Made by a program: the position numbers and the translations under genes. Of a DNA stretch of 64,000 nt, positions 40,801-54,924 are shown in pieces. The notes under the pieces are model-generated. The model worked only from the letters and a program-made list of their open reading frames with translations. It made no database searches and was not told the DNA's origin. The first letter of the stretch is position 1; every line of letters starts with the position of its first letter. The stretch is from Eledone cirrhosa (lineage: Eukaryota), in assembly GCA_964016885.1 (NCBI GenBank), contig OZ024753.1, positions 11,718,001 through 11,782,000 of the forward strand, written 5' to 3'.

Positions 40801-41234
40801 TGCATGTACGTAATCCGAAAGTGACATTCAGTCATGTATAAATACGCAGTCTTTGCTAGACACAGTTAAACGCAGACAATCAAAAGCACTAAAAAATAAC
40901 ATCTTCCATCCAACCCATCCCATGCATACATTTCAATACACGTACATACATATACATATGTACATACATATGTACATACATATGTACATACATATGTACA
41001 TACATATATATATATACATATGTACATACATATGTACATACCTATGTATATCTCTAAACATATAAATACAAAAGCACATTAACATATGACGTTAGACTGA
41101 CTGTGGTAAACTTGAAATTCTTTTAATAGATTCTAAATATTTATTTACTGTTGTACCTTAGAAAAACACAATCATTCTGCTCTTTCTCTTTCTCTCTTTC
41201 TCTCTCTCTCTCTCTCACACACAATATATATATA

Positions 41235-41499
41235 GCCAGAGAGTGTAACCTGCAGTTACTTTGGGTTCAACCAGGTGAGCACTCGATGCTTAGATTCACG
41301 TCTGTAACGAGGTGTCGAGCTAGACAGAGTGTAAATATAATAATAAAAAGACGATTTGTTATGCCATTACTATAGCAGAGTTCGGTGAGTTTTTTATTTC
41401 CAGAGTCGGGCCAGATCGAACCTAGAGCTGATCAATAGCGAAACGCACGTCACCAATCGATAACCCTAATGAAGACATAAAAATCGTCCTTTTATTATG

Positions 41500-41505
<6 letters not shown>
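41235..41505 (-). mobile_element. Family F fold-back remnant
   Basis: agcactcga at 41278, and an inverted gctgatcaatagcGAAAcgcacgTC segment. Confidence 0.65.
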
Positions 41506-41537
<32 letters not shown>

Positions 41538-41579
41538 TTGAGAGCGACGGGGCTGCGTCGTGACTGATAACGAATGTTT

Positions 41580-41610
<31 letters not shown>

Positions 41611-42221
41611 TGTAAATAAATGGATTCTAATTGAAGTACAAAGCATGTAATTGGAATGGCGGAGGGTACAATCGATTACTGCATGCCAAATAATTGTATG
41701 ATGTTGTACTTTATCTACCCCTGGGAGTAAAAGGTTAAGCTAAGCCAGATGGTATCTTAACAGAGAACATATAAGTGCGTAACTATATATGTCAAATCAA
41801 TATCCGGGTGTTTCTCGTTTTGACCATTGCGTTGTATATATATATGAATGCGTACACGTGTGTTTGTGTGTGCATATGAAGAAAATAATTTGGATTTTGT
41901 AGAAACATTTCCAGCAGCGTTGAATTTTTTTCAAACGAGTGTTATTGGAATAGAGATAACAATATTTGAAAACGAAAAGCTTTATCAGAAATTCACATTA
42001 AATCTCACACTTATTCCATCTTTTTCGTTCACTCTTTCTTACTGTTCACATCCTTCTATTAAAATATGGTAGTTGTATTTTGTACTGCCGTTATTTTACT
42101 AGTAATTGGTATACAACGCAGTGGAAGAAATTCACTCCAGTAATATTAAAACTCAAAAGTTCAAGATAGTCACTAGGAACCTCTACACAGATAGTGATAT
42201 AGACGACAGACTAAGATAAAA

Positions 42222-42370
42222 ATAATTGTTTCTACTTTAGGCACAAGGCCAGCAATTACCCAGTGCATTACTGGTACTTTATTTTATCGACCCCGTAAGG
42301 ATGAAAGGCAAAATTAACCTCGGCGGGATTTGAACTCAGATCGTAAAGGGACGTAACTATGCTGGAAAGT
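42222..42370 (-). mobile_element. OK/Meta-type SINE (5'-truncated)
   Basis: Family core and B-box. Confidence 0.85.
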
Positions 42371-42944
42371 CCCATTACTGAAAGATACATTCAATTTATT
42401 CATCCCTGACACAAGACATCGGTTGTGTGTGTTGTAGGGAAAAACCCTGAACACCCCTGCGTAAATGAAAATGGACTAGGCGAAACTTTATGAATAAGAA
42501 CTGAAGTGAACTGTCAGAGAACTGTGTGCGCGGAGTCTCGTTTTAGTCTTTCGTTGGTAGTTCGGAATTACACCTGGTGAATACCTTGGGAGTTACCCTC
42601 GTTTTGTACAGATATACGAAGCAGGTTTGTGTCACACAATCATAACAGTCACATATCTGTGAAGGGTATGATATGTTATCATCAGCTGACCTCAACTCAG
42701 AGTATCATTAAGATAAGAGCATAAGTATTTTTACGGTTTTGTTAAAGCAATGTAAAACGCTTCCGCCATCACAGAAAGGACTGTCATAGATGGTTCTGTG
42801 TCGTGATGCAAGCAGAGTAGAGCTTGCATGTTTTCAGTTTAATGGCATCTTTACATGAGAAGAGGCTGCTAGCCACTCGTATAAACATCCATATGTAATG
42901 TGACACCGTAAGTGATCTGGAACAACATTTCTTTCGGAGCTGAG

Positions 42945-42998
42945 AGTGAGAGGGGGAGAGAGAAAAAGAGAGAGAGAAAGAGAGAGAGAAAGAAAGAA

Positions 42999-43029
<31 letters not shown>

Positions 43030-43153
43030 AAGAGAGAGAGAAAAAGAGAGAGAAAGAGAGAAAGAAAGAGAGAAAGAAAGAGAGAAAGAGGGAAAGAGAG
43101 AGAGAAAAAGAGAGAGAAAGAGAGAAAGAAAGAGAGAAAGAAAGAGAGAAAGA

Positions 43154-43200
<47 letters not shown>

Positions 43201-43520
43201 AGAGAAAAAGAGAGAAAAAGAGAGAAAAAGAGAGAGAAAAGAGAGAAAAAGAGAGAGAAAAATAGAGAAAAAGAGAGGAAAAGGAGTGAGAGAGAAAAGG
43301 AGAGAGAGAGAGAGAGAAAAGGAGAGAGAGAGAAATAGAAAGATATATAGATAGATAGAGATAGAAAGAGATAGATAGAAAGAGATAGATAGAAAGAGAT
43401 AGATAGAGATAGATAGAGATAGATAGATAGAGATATATATATATATATATATATAGATAGATAGAGATAGAAAGAGATAGATAGATAGATAGATAGATAG
43501 AGATAGAGAGATAAAGAAAT
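42945..43520. repeat. (GA)n and (GATA)n tract
   Basis: Direct inspection. Confidence 0.95.
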
Positions 43521-43699
43521 AGGAACGTGGACCTCAGCAGATTACTGATTGCTTATTTATCAATCCCACAGAATAAAACACTAACCCTAACAAATAACGT
43601 CACTTTATCTTTTGGTCAGAATTAATACAAAATATAATCATACGGAGTTTCTATATCTCGGTAACAAACTATCACCAAACCACAATGGAATGGTTGCTG

Positions 43700-44315
43700 C
43701 TCAGTATCGCATTACAACAGGAACAAGGCAGCATTAATATCAACACGAGTTTCCTATCATTTTAAGGCTAACATCTTTGATACTTACATCCTACCAGTTG
43801 TGTTATATGGTCTTGACTGTGTTAATTAGACGACAAGGTCACTTCAAAAGCTCTCTACATTCCAGAACCAGATCATGAGACTTATGACTGGCAAGCGGCT
43901 CAGCGACCGTATCTGTATCAGTGAGCTGCTCAACATTACCAGACTTAGACCAAAGTTCTCTACATTCCAGAACCACATCATGAGACTTATGACTGGCAAG
44001 CGGCTCAGCGACCGTATCTGTATCAGTGAGCTGCTCAACATTACCAGACTTAGACCAATTACATCAATTGTCAAGTCAAAAGTACTCAAACCATACGGTC
44101 ATATAAAAAGATCAACTCGTGGTGTGAGTAGGTTATGCCTGGAAGGAAGTTTGGCTGGTAAGAGAATCAGAGGCCGGCAACCAAAACGATGGCTTGCCCA
44201 TGTCAACTTATGGACTGGACTTGATCTTTGAACTCTGCTGCTGGTGATCGAACTCTGTGGAGAGAGATATCACATGTTAATGCGCAGACTGCAACTGGCG
44301 GCTTTTAGCGTCATA
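43700..44315 (+). mobile_element. Decayed RTE LINE fragments with an internal 105-bp tandem duplication
   Basis: ILPVVLYG, KPYGHIKR, EGSLAGKRIRGRQPKRW. 43852-43956 is repeated at 43957-44058. Confidence 0.75.
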
Positions 44316-44684
44316 CGTTCTAACAGAGAATACTGAGGATATATTCCCATAAAACGTTCTACTAAATGTCAATACAACAGCCCTAGTATCGTGCTTGGAA
44401 AAGAAAACAAGGTACTGGCAGTAAAGGGACGCCACATACTCGGCAAATATAAGCATTCCATGTGGAGTTAATTTGGAAATGGTGTATGTGTGTGTGTGTG
44501 TATGTGTGTGTATTCTATCAATGAATGGGGGCAGAAAGCATGCATCTTGCAGAGTTACTATATAAATAGATCAGTGAAAACATGCAAATCTATTCTGTAA
44601 CACAGCATGTAACAATGCGCTTTTGTTGATCTCGAAATTCTGATGATGAATATTGTTTCCTAGGTGGATTGCGGCCCCTTTATT

Positions 44685-45472
44685 TAGAGGAAGAGAGAGA
44701 GAGAAAGAGAGAGAAGAAGAGAGCGAGGAAGAGAGAGAGAAGAAGAGAGAGAGAGGAAGAGAGAGAGAGAGAGAGGAAGAGAGAGAGGAAGAGAGAGAGG
44801 AAGAGAGAGAGAAGAAGAGAGAGGAAGAGAGAGATAAGAAGAGAGAGAGAGAGGAAGAGAGAGAGAGAGAGAGAGGAAGAGAGAGAGAGAGAAAGATAAA
44901 GGAAGAGAGAGAAAGATAAAGGAAGAGAGAGGTGGGGAAGAGAGAGCTGGGGAAGAGAGAGGTGGGGAAGAGAGAGCTGGGGAAGAGAGAGGTGGGGAAG
45001 AGAGAGCTGGGGAAGAGAGAGGTGGGGAAGAGAGAGCTGGGGAAGAGAGAGGTGGGGAAGAGAGAGCTGGGGAAGAGGAAGAGAGGGGTGGGGAAGAGGA
45101 AGAGAGGGGTGGGGAAGAGGAAGAGAGGGGTGGGGAAGAGAGGGGTGGGGAAGAGGAAGAGAGGGGTGGGGAAGAGGAAAATAGGGGTGTGGAAGAGGAA
45201 AAGAGGGGTGTGGAAGAGGAAGAGAAAGGTGGGGAAGTGGAAGAGAGGGACGGGGAAGAGGAAGAGAGGGGCGGGGAAGCGAGAGGAAGAGAAAGGTGGG
45301 GAAGAGGAAGCGAGGGGTGGGGAAGCGAGAGGAAGAGAAAGGTGGGGAAGCGAGAGGAAGAGAAAGGTGGGGAAGAGGAAGAGAAAGGTGGGGAAGCGAG
45401 AGGAAGAGAAAGGTGGGGAAGCGAGAGGAAGCGAGGGGTGCGGAAGCGAGAGTAAGAGAGGGCTGGGGAAGT
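44685..45472. repeat. Purine-rich minisatellite (30-bp gagagaggtggggaagagagagctggggaa array and derivatives)
   Basis: Direct inspection. Confidence 0.9.
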
Positions 45473-45936
45473 GAATAAGCAAAAAAAAAAAAAATCATGC
45501 TTATACATAGACGGTGCATATTTCTCTGCACTTACATGTGCATCACGATTCTTTCACGTCAAATAAAACGCTTATACATACACATATGCACACATTGCGT
45601 CATACGTGCATTAAACCTAAGCAGAAGCAATTGCTACACCTACACAGTCATCGTGTCAACAATGATCCAATACACGGTGTGATATGATGATATTACATCA
45701 AGTTTAGACGCGTTTCACCTTCATTAATTATCTTGGTAATAGACATGCTCAAACCTAACCTTGTTACTAACACACTTTGATTGTTTCTAGCTTACCAATC
45801 AACACCATGTGAGCAACTACTCTAACATGTTTGTATGTTTCGGCGATATTTAAGTGATACGCACACACGCACACGCGCCTTGGCATAAGTATTGTCTGTG
45901 TGTGTGTGTGTGTGTGTGTGCAATTTACTATGTGTA

Positions 45937-45971
<35 letters not shown>

Positions 45972-46105
45972 GCGCACACATATACATACATATATATATA
46001 CACACATACATATATATATACATATACACACACACACATATACACCCCACCCCACCCCCCACCCCCATACACACACACATATATACACACATATATACAC
46101 ACACA

Positions 46106-46143
<38 letters not shown>

Positions 46144-46289
46144 CACACACATACACACATACATACACACACATACATATATATATACACACATACATAT
46201 ATATATACACACATACATATATATATACACATACATATATATACATATATATACATATATATATATATATATACACGTATAAATATATA

Positions 46290-46430
46290 TAACGAAGAAG
46301 GTGTGGTAAGATACGTGGTGGACCATAATGCACCAGAGTAGTCGATACTTAGTGTAGTAGAGTGGGTAATAGGAAGAAGTCAGAGTCCCGACGGCTGAGC
46401 TCCGGCCGTTTCGAAAGCTAGATCCGAACT
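46290..46430 (-). mobile_element. PLE pLTR remnant, family B
   Basis: cccgacggctgagctccggccgtttcga, TA-flanked. Confidence 0.75.
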
Positions 46431-47277
46431 GTATATATATACTAGTATAGTTCCCGCCGAAAGTGACGTGGGTTATAATAAAACATTTAATTTAATAATT
46501 CGTTGTAAAGATACGTCAATAAATTCTCGTTTTAAACACTTCCAATAATGTTTAAACATTATCAAATACAAGCAGAAAAACCAACCCACGGGTGGTTTTC
46601 TGCTAGCATGTGTAGTGTGTATTATACACAAATATACACACATATATATGCATGTAAATACGATACGTCAAATAAAATTGTAATTGACAATATACACAGA
46701 AATTGAACAAAGCCTATGTTACACTGTCTTCTGTAATCAGTAATCCATGATATATAAAAAAAAAAGACGACATTATATATAAACTGCATTAGGAGAAAAT
46801 TAGCGACGGAATTATAAGCGATTATAAGTGTTATAATATAACGACCGCTAACCGGATGTGTTGACATTTGACAATTTTAAAGAAGTGAATTTTAAAGATC
46901 TTTAAATAAGCTATAAAATATATTTAATCAACAGCCACGAAATTTAGCACATAAATTATGTAATATTCATTCATTATTTATTCAAAGTAATCCAACTTAT
47001 TTTACAAACGGGGTAAAAAATATCCTCTGGAATCAATCCCGCAGACCTTCCTTTATTATAGTTAAGATATATCCCAAAAATTATATTGTCAGTCAAATAG
47101 ACAAACAGACATGAAGGTAGAGAGTTCGGTACGTAGATTGGTAGGAAAATATATACAGTAGATATACAAATATTTAGGTAGATATACAAATATTTAGGTA
47201 GATAAATATTTGTATTCATACAGAGTTGTTTGGGAAATTGTAATGTTATAACTTCCTCTCTACCAATCTCCCCCCCC

Positions 47278-47367
<90 letters not shown>

Positions 47368-47369
<2 letters not shown>

Positions 47370-47690
47370 TGGGAGTATAATGTGGAGTTACTTTAGGTTG
47401 ACCTAGGGGAGCACTCGATGTTTAGGTTCACGACAGTAGCGAGGTGTAGAGCTAGACAGAGTGTAATGTAATAATACAACGATGATTTGTTAATCCTTCA
47501 TTTCGCTATTGATCAGCTTAAGGTTCGATCTGTATCGATCTGGCCCGATTCTGGAATCAAAAGCTCGTCGGACCTCTTGATTCCAGAGTCGCGCCAGATC
47601 GAAACTTGAGCTGATCAATAGCGAAACCCGCTTCACCAAGCAATAAACGTAATGGAGGTTTAACAAATCGTCCTTGTATTATTATATATA
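47368..47690 (-). mobile_element. Family F fold-back insert
   Basis: Arms ~47466-47558 / 47580-47688, agcactcga at 47410, preceded by a long (TA)n. Confidence 0.7.
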
Positions 47691-48080
47691 TAAGGCGGTG
47701 GATTGGCAGTATCGGTAGAGGGTCGGATGCCATGCTTTCCAGCATAGTTACGTCCATTTACGATCTGAGTTCAAATCCCGCCGAGGTTAACTTTGCCTTT
47801 CATCCTTAAGGGGTCGATAAAATAAAGTACCAGTAATGCACTGGGTAATTTCTGGCCTTGTGCCTAAAGTAGAAACAATTATATATATAAGGCGGTGGAT
47901 TGGCAGTATCGGTAGAAGGTCGGACGCCATGCTTTGACGCAAAGAGTTACGGCCCTTTCCATTCTGAGTTCAAATCCCGCCGAGGTTAACTTTGCCTTTC
48001 ATCCTTACGGGGTCGATAAAATAAAGTACCAGTAATACACTGGTGTGATTGCTGTCCTTGTGCCAAAAGTAGAAACAATT
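47691..48080 (+). mobile_element. Two head-to-tail full-length OK/Meta-type SINEs
   Basis: Each runs aaggcggtggattggcagtatcgg ... agtagaaacaattat. Confidence 0.9.
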
Positions 48081-48184
48081 ATATATATATATATATAGGG
48101 TTCCTGACTTTTTTTCTCATATATATATATAAATATATATAGGAAAAAAACCTCAGGACCCCTCATATATCTATATATATATAT

Positions 48185-49205
48185 AATAATAATTATTATT
48201 TCATTTATTAGCCACTAGGGCCGACATGTAGGGGACAATACAAAGACCGGGAAGTGGGGGTTTACAATAAGGTCGAGTAAAAGTGCACAATGGCAAAACT
48301 AATTTAACAATGAAAATATAAAAATATAAAATAAACTATGCATAAATATAACAAAATAAATTGCCAGATAGGGGGTGGACGACCCTGGGGTGACTCGGGT
48401 ACCCCACCAATCCTGAACCACCCTGCGCTTCTAGGGCACATTCACACGAGCCATTCTCGCCACATTCACCCACCTTTTTGCAAATGTACTGGGGGGAAGC
48501 ACTTCTCTCTCCACCCTCACCTTCCTTTCCAGGTGAAACTTGAAGAAGTTGATGAGGGATTGGCCGAAGAGAAAAGTGTCTGTCTTCAGTCCTTTTAACC
48601 TGGTTCACCATACAACCTCTTTGGCAACTGCCTCCAGACAGAGAAAAATTGCCTGCTCTTCCTGACCTAAGGAAGGCGGTGGATCGATCTTCACTATGGA
48701 CTCGGCCGATAGCCGGATTCGTTCCAAACGCGACAGTAGCTGTTCGACATAACTCCACAAGTCAGTAATGCAGGGACATTCGACAAGTCCGTGCAGAACG
48801 GCTTCGTCGTTCGTTCTGTGCGCATCTTGGGCAGGTCCGTCTGACAGCACTTCCGTGCCTTTAGAGTTTATCCCGAACTGGCAGTGTCACCCCCCCCCCC
48901 CCTAACACTGCCAAGCGAGGGATTTGTGGAAATTGTCCATCGTCCCCGGCTCAAAAGTGCTCCGGTACAGACTGGTCAGTTCGACTTCGTCGAGGCCCAA
49001 AGCTTCTCAGAGTGCGTCATCGCACTTACCCACCACTAATCCTCTATAAAACTCGAGAGTGGAAATTCCACTGATCGCATTGCCCGCTGGGTAGAGGGCA
49101 GTGAGTGCCTGGCAACATTCCAGGTGCCAGTCACCCAGTCTCGGTCTCTTCTTGACCCAGGACTGCAGCTCAGTCAAAGAAATGAGCCGCATAAAGGCCC
49201 GTCTG
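48185..49205 (-). mobile_element. 5'-truncated L1/Tx1-like 3' fragment related to the 20.7-26.4 kb element
   Basis: LTELQSWVK, FYRGLV, VLHGLVEC, KEVVW match 20986-21730. (AAT)n at both ends. Confidence 0.85.
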
Positions 49206-49228
49206 ATAATAATAATAATACAAGGACG

Positions 49229-49263
<35 letters not shown>

Positions 49264-49744
49264 AGATACACACAATAATGCTGCTGCTTACATGTTATCG
49301 TTTTGCTGTCATGTTAGTTTGATACCGTGTTGATGTTATATTTTATATTGTCGATCAATTGAGAGAATCAGATTCTGCTGTTTAAGAACAACGCTGTTAG
49401 CTTTTTCTCGCGTGTCATGTCAATTATATTGTTTAAATATGTCTATATTTTCAGGACGATAATCTTACATCACGGTATTCTCTTCAGTTGGTTTACCGTT
49501 ACGTTCTTATAATTATGTAGTATTGTACTTGTGATAACTGTCTGACTGGCTGTCTGTCTGTCTGACTGGCTGTCTGTCTGACTGTCGTACATTCGCCATT
49601 GCTGTCATCACCGTTCGTGGTGTTATTGATGCTTCCTTTTATTTTGTTATATAGCCCCAAGTCAGACAATATCGTGACAACCTATGATCAAAACCGTTTA
49701 ACCAGTAATATCGCGTGCTTTTTTAATATATATGTTCTAAAGAT

Positions 49745-50592
49745 GATGGGCTGGCAATATCAGTAAAGCATCGGACACCATGCTTCGTGACAGAGTGTTA
49801 AGGCCATTTACGTCCTGAGTTGAAATCCCGCCGAGGTTAACTTTGCCTTTCATCCTTACGGGGGTCGATGAAATAAAGTACCAGTAATACACTGGGGTAA
49901 TTGCTGGCCTTGTGCCAAAAGTAGAAACAATTATTTCTTAAAAGTATCACAACCACAACGACTACAAATAACACAATAAAACAACAACACAAGGGGACAG
50001 TCATCCCTGTCATCCTTAAGGGGTCGATAAAATAAAGTACCAATAATGTACTTGGGTTCGATTTAATCGACTTTCCCCTCCCCTTCAAATTGCTGGCCTT
50101 GTGCCTAAAGTAGAAACAATTATATTTTCTAACAGGGTGAGGAAGAGTGTCAGGATTGTTAGTGTTGGACATCATCGTTTGTGTCATTAAGTTATGGTTG
50201 GTAATGATCTGAGTTCAAATCCTTTCAATGTTAGCTTTGCCATTCATCTTTAAGGGGTCGAGAAAATCAAGTACCAGTAACGCACTGGAGTTCATTTAAT
50301 CGGTTTCCTCTTTCTTTTCAAACTGCTGGCCTTGTGCTTAAATCAGAAACCGCTATATGGTATGTTCTAAAGCGGCAGATTAGTAGAGTTTTTCAAACGT
50401 CGGACAACATACTTTTCGTTATGTAACCACGTCCCTGTACGCTATGACTTCATATCTCGTCGAGGTTAACTTTACATTTCGTCCTTAAGAACTCAACTTA
50501 ATAAATACCAGTAACTTACTGAGGTGACTTAATCAAATCCCCTGCCGCCCCCTTCAAATTGCTGGCCTTGTACCAAATATAAACATAATTAT
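49745..50592 (+). mobile_element. Four same-orientation OK/Meta-type SINE copies or fragments
   Basis: Core motifs at ~49840, 50010, 50240 and 50470. Confidence 0.8.
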
Positions 50593-51472
50593 CTACTGCA
50601 TTTTACAATTGTTATTACGTAATGATCTGATTTCAAAAACATCAAGCTTGTTGTTACTTGAAAGTTCGTGGCAAAATGATATACCAACGTGTTAACGGTG
50701 GAGAATTCGTCTATGTTATATTGTGTAATGTTTTGTGTACAGACTGTTTAAAGATGTGTTTTACTGTATTGACTTAGTTCAAATTTTACCAAGGTCAATA
50801 CTGCATTTAACCAATAATGGGCTCTTCAAAATTACCAAGTGCCGGAGACCCTATAATTGATAATTTACAAACTCAACCCAAATTATTTGGATGTAAGTGT
50901 GTGTGTGTAGTTAACAAATCAGAGCAAGGGCAGAACGCTGGTGGTTAGATGGAGAAATCGATACATCGAAGAACGATTCGATATATACCCAGTACTAAAT
51001 AATTGTTTCTCTTTGTGTTTTGGGTTCTAATTCAGATGAGGGACGAAAGAAGGTTTTTTTATAAAATTTTATCACACCCTTCCGACGTTGGTAAAGTATC
51101 ATATTTGATAATCAATTTTATAAAATCGACATAATTCACCCACCAACACAAACCGCCAATGAAGTAAAAGCTGTGTGTCTAATGTTCTAACTCCATTCTC
51201 AAATATGTATTATCTAATATTGACATTCTGTACTCAAATTTTTGTATTTAGATGTTGACCAATGCTATATTAATTGGAAAGATAATCCTAATATTATATA
51301 TATGAAAGTCTTTCGAAAGAATGTTTATAACTAAGAGTCAAATTCTGATTAATAGGGAGCAAGGGACGCAGGTGTGGCTGGCCGGGTTAAAGAAATTGCT
51401 TCGCAAGAACTGAGATCGTATTTCTGAACAGTGACCAGCATTTTAGGAAAATGTAGGAATTTCAGTACATGA

Positions 51473-51662
51473 TGAGAGAGAAAGAGAGAGAAAGAGAGAG
51501 AAAGAGAGAGAAAGAGAAAGAAATAGAAAGAGAAAGAAATAGAAAGAGAAAGAAATAGAAAGAGAAAGAAATAGAAAGAGAAAGAAATAGAAAGAGAAAG
51601 AAATAGAAAGAGAAAGAAATAGAAAGAGAAAGAAATAGAAAGAGAAAGAAATAGAAAGAGAA

Positions 51663-51697
<35 letters not shown>

Positions 51698-51954
51698 AAT
51701 AGAAAGAGAAAGAAATGGAGAGAGAAAGAGAAAGAAAACGAGAAAGAGAGAGATAAAGAAAGAGAGAGAGAGAGAGATATAGATAAAGAGAGAGAGAGAG
51801 AGATAAAGAGAGAGAGATAGAGATAAAGAAAGAGAGAGAGAGAGATAAAGAAAGAGAGAGAGAGATAAAGAAAGAGAGAGAGAGAGATAAAGAAAGAGAG
51901 AGAGAGAGATAAAGAAAGAGAGAGAGATATAAAGAAAGAGAGAGAGAGAGAGAT

Positions 51955-52000
<46 letters not shown>

Positions 52001-52132
52001 AGAGAGAGAGAAATAGAAAGAGAAAAAGAGAGAGAAAGAGAAAGAGAGAGAGAAATAGAAAGAGAAAAAGAGAGAGAAAGAGAGAAAGAGAGAAAGAGAA
52101 AGAGAGAAAGAGAAAGAGAGAAAGAGAGAGAG
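51473..52132. repeat. (GA)-rich tract including a 16-bp agaaagagaaagaaat array
   Basis: Direct inspection. Confidence 0.95.
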
Positions 52133-52354
52133 CATGTGCGCGACTATGTTTCCACTTGCACGCAATGCTTTGGAAAAAAACATTACTCCAGCCTCTTCCT
52201 CTCTGGGAATCGAACTCACAACCTCACGATTGTGAATCCAATTCTCTAACCACTCAGCCACACGTCTTCACTCACACACACACACATATATGAGTGAGTA
52301 GAGAGAGAAACGGAGGGGGACAGAGCGAGAGAGAGAGAACGTGTATTCATATTA

Positions 52355-52402
<48 letters not shown>

Positions 52403-53047
52403 GTGAAATCCGATAAATTCAATTCTTCAAACAGAAAAATATATTTGTGACATTTGTTCCACCTGAATTACACATGCACCCTCCCTTGTCAATAATTCTT
52501 GTTATCGGAAATACACTAAACCAGGGATTGGTCCTTGGGACCCTGGGACCCTATAATAATTTATAACCTAAATTATTTAAGTAAATAAATAATATTTCTT
52601 ATTTCCAGGGTTATATTTGAAATGTCATCGAGACTTGTTAATCAGATTTTAAAATGGTAACTGTCCGGGCTGGGATTTTGTTAATCAGGTTTTAAAGTGT
52701 TAACTGTCAGGGGCTAGGAATTTGTTTGAATTACTTGATTATATATATTTAATACATTTACTTGGCTGACGACCTTCGAAATATTACATTATTTTTCTTT
52801 AAAATTGAAAAAAAAAAAAAATACAAGACTTTATTTCGAGACGAAACTAAAGCTAATATATTTGTCTAAAATTTTCTTTACAGGGTATTTTGGGTTTTAA
52901 ATATGTGTAGAAAATTATAGAAAAATTAGTGAAGTTGTCATCTATACCCCAGATATAAGTTTAATGGTCTCTAGGGCACTTTTAAACCTGGCGGTGCTCA
53001 ACTCTTTCCAGTTCTGATCACAGCCAATTTTTTCTATAAAGGAAGAA

Positions 53048-53207
53048 TCGACCCTAGTACTGGACTGGTACTTTTTTTTATCGACGCCGAAAGAATGAAA
53101 GGCAAAGTTAACCACAGCGGGATTTGAACTCAGAGAGTGTAATGAAGTCGGACGATCACCGTAAAGCATTCTACCCAACGTCTTCACGACTGCCAATTCA
53201 CCGCCTA
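53048..53207 (-). mobile_element. OK/Meta-type SINE, diverged
   Basis: Family core on the minus strand. Confidence 0.75.
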
Positions 53208-53441
53208 TAAAGAACAAATTACCAATATATATTCATGTAATTCGCCTCATAGAAATACACCATTGATTGTAATACAGTACAAAGCAGACGAAATCCAATA
53301 AACGTAAACACTATATAAAAATATATAAACAATTGACTGAAACATGAAAGAAAAGAAAATCAAGTTTATAAGTCAAGCGAGGCCAATTTTAAAACAAATA
53401 AAACTTAAATGCAATGGTGACTATCAATATGAGAGCAAGAG

Positions 53442-53656
53442 GACGGTGGATTGGCAGTATCGGTAGAGAGTCGGACGCCATGCTTTGCAGCAAAGAGTTA
53501 CGGCCCTTTATGATCTGAGTTCAAATCCCGCCGAGGTTAACTTTGCCTTTCATCCTCATGGGGTCGATAAAATAAAGTACTAGTCGATGCACTGGGGTCG
53601 ATTTAATCGACTTTCCCCTCCCCCAAAATCACTGGCCTTGTGCCTATATAAGAAAC
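53442..53656 (+). mobile_element. Full-length long-form OK/Meta-type SINE with a 17-bp TSD
   Basis: TSD caatatgagagcaagag at 53425-53441 and 53657-53673. Confidence 0.92.
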
Positions 53657-53831
53657 CAATATGAGAGCAAGAGAAATTTTGTAAAAGACTATATTGTTTA
53701 GTATAGGTATTTTATCAAAATATGTCCGAATTGTGACACAACGTCACACAAGTTAAGAGTGTTGAGGGTTAAGTGTCAACCCTATCGCATCTAATAATTA
53801 GTTGTATCGTATCTTATTACTATCTCCTCTA

Positions 53832-54190
53832 GGGTGGTGGATTGGCAGAATCGGTAGAGCGCTGGACAATATGCTTTGCGGCATATAGATAAGTTCCGAG
53901 TTCACTTCCTGCCGAGTTTAGCTGTGCCTAGCATCATTACGGGGTTGATAAAATAAAGTACCAGTAATGCACTAGGGTTGGTTTCATCGACATCCCCCCT
54001 CCCTCCTCTCAAAATTGTTGGTCTTTTGCCTAACTCGGGAACCATTATTCTCTCCCCAAGGGTTGGCAGTGTCGGTAGATTGCTGGATGTCGAGAGCATA
54101 AAGTAGCAGTAATGAAGTGGGGTCGATTAAATCAACCCACAATCCCAACAATTTATGGCCTTGTGCCTAAATCATAAACCATTATTCTCC
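53832..54190 (+). mobile_element. Two diverged OK/Meta-type SINE copies
   Basis: ggtggtggattggcagaatcgg head and core remnants. Confidence 0.7.
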
Positions 54191-54469
54191 CCTCAGATAA
54201 TGTTAAATGACAGAAATTTTGGAGGTCGACATCGGCAAAATTAGAACTCGAAACGTATAATGACAAATATTGGGTTGTTAAGTATGTAATTTGTAGAAGA
54301 AAAATTTCATACTTGACAACCGAATAAATTGTATTAAACCCCAGGTGAATCATAAAAATGACATCGATGACATTTGTACTTGGAACGTAAAGGAAACGTT
54401 TCAAGTTCAAATAACAAATAGTATATTGAATGATTCTCTAGGGATTTTCCAATCCTATATCATACATAG

Positions 54470-54924
54470 CAGTGGTCTCCAACCTTTCTGACCTCACAGA
54501 CCACTAAATTTACAATTTTAAATCCCGCGAACTACTAACATGACTTTAAAAATAAAAAAAATAAATACATTTGTAAAATAATAAGAGAATTTCCATTTGA
54601 TTAAACAATACTGAAGCATAAATGTCAGTGTTGATAGCTGATAAATATGTGTAACATTCTTCCATGGATGTTAGTTTTTTAATGAAGAGAAACATTTTTA
54701 GGGGTGTTATAAAATATATTTTAACCGATTATTATTTTTGTTTTATTATTAATAAAACATAAAGTACCAGTAATGCACTGGGTAATTGCTGGCCTTGGGC
54801 CTAAAGTAGAAACAATTATTAATAAAACATAAAAATTGCAAATAATGTCCACATTTTTCTGCGGACCACCAACATATTCGCTCGGAATAGCAGTGGTCCG
54901 TGGACCACCGGTTAGCAACCGCTG
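54470..54924. mobile_element. hAT (Charlie-like) MITE carrying a nested SINE 3' end (54764-54814)
   Basis: TIRs cagtggtctccaacc / ggttagcaaccgctg. The SINE piece is flanked by the duplication attattaataaaacataaa (54745-54763, 54815-54833). Confidence 0.7.

Noticed and set aside
40152-52261. ER/RE-rich and SL/FL-rich ORFs
   Set aside because: Artefacts of (GA)n tracts.
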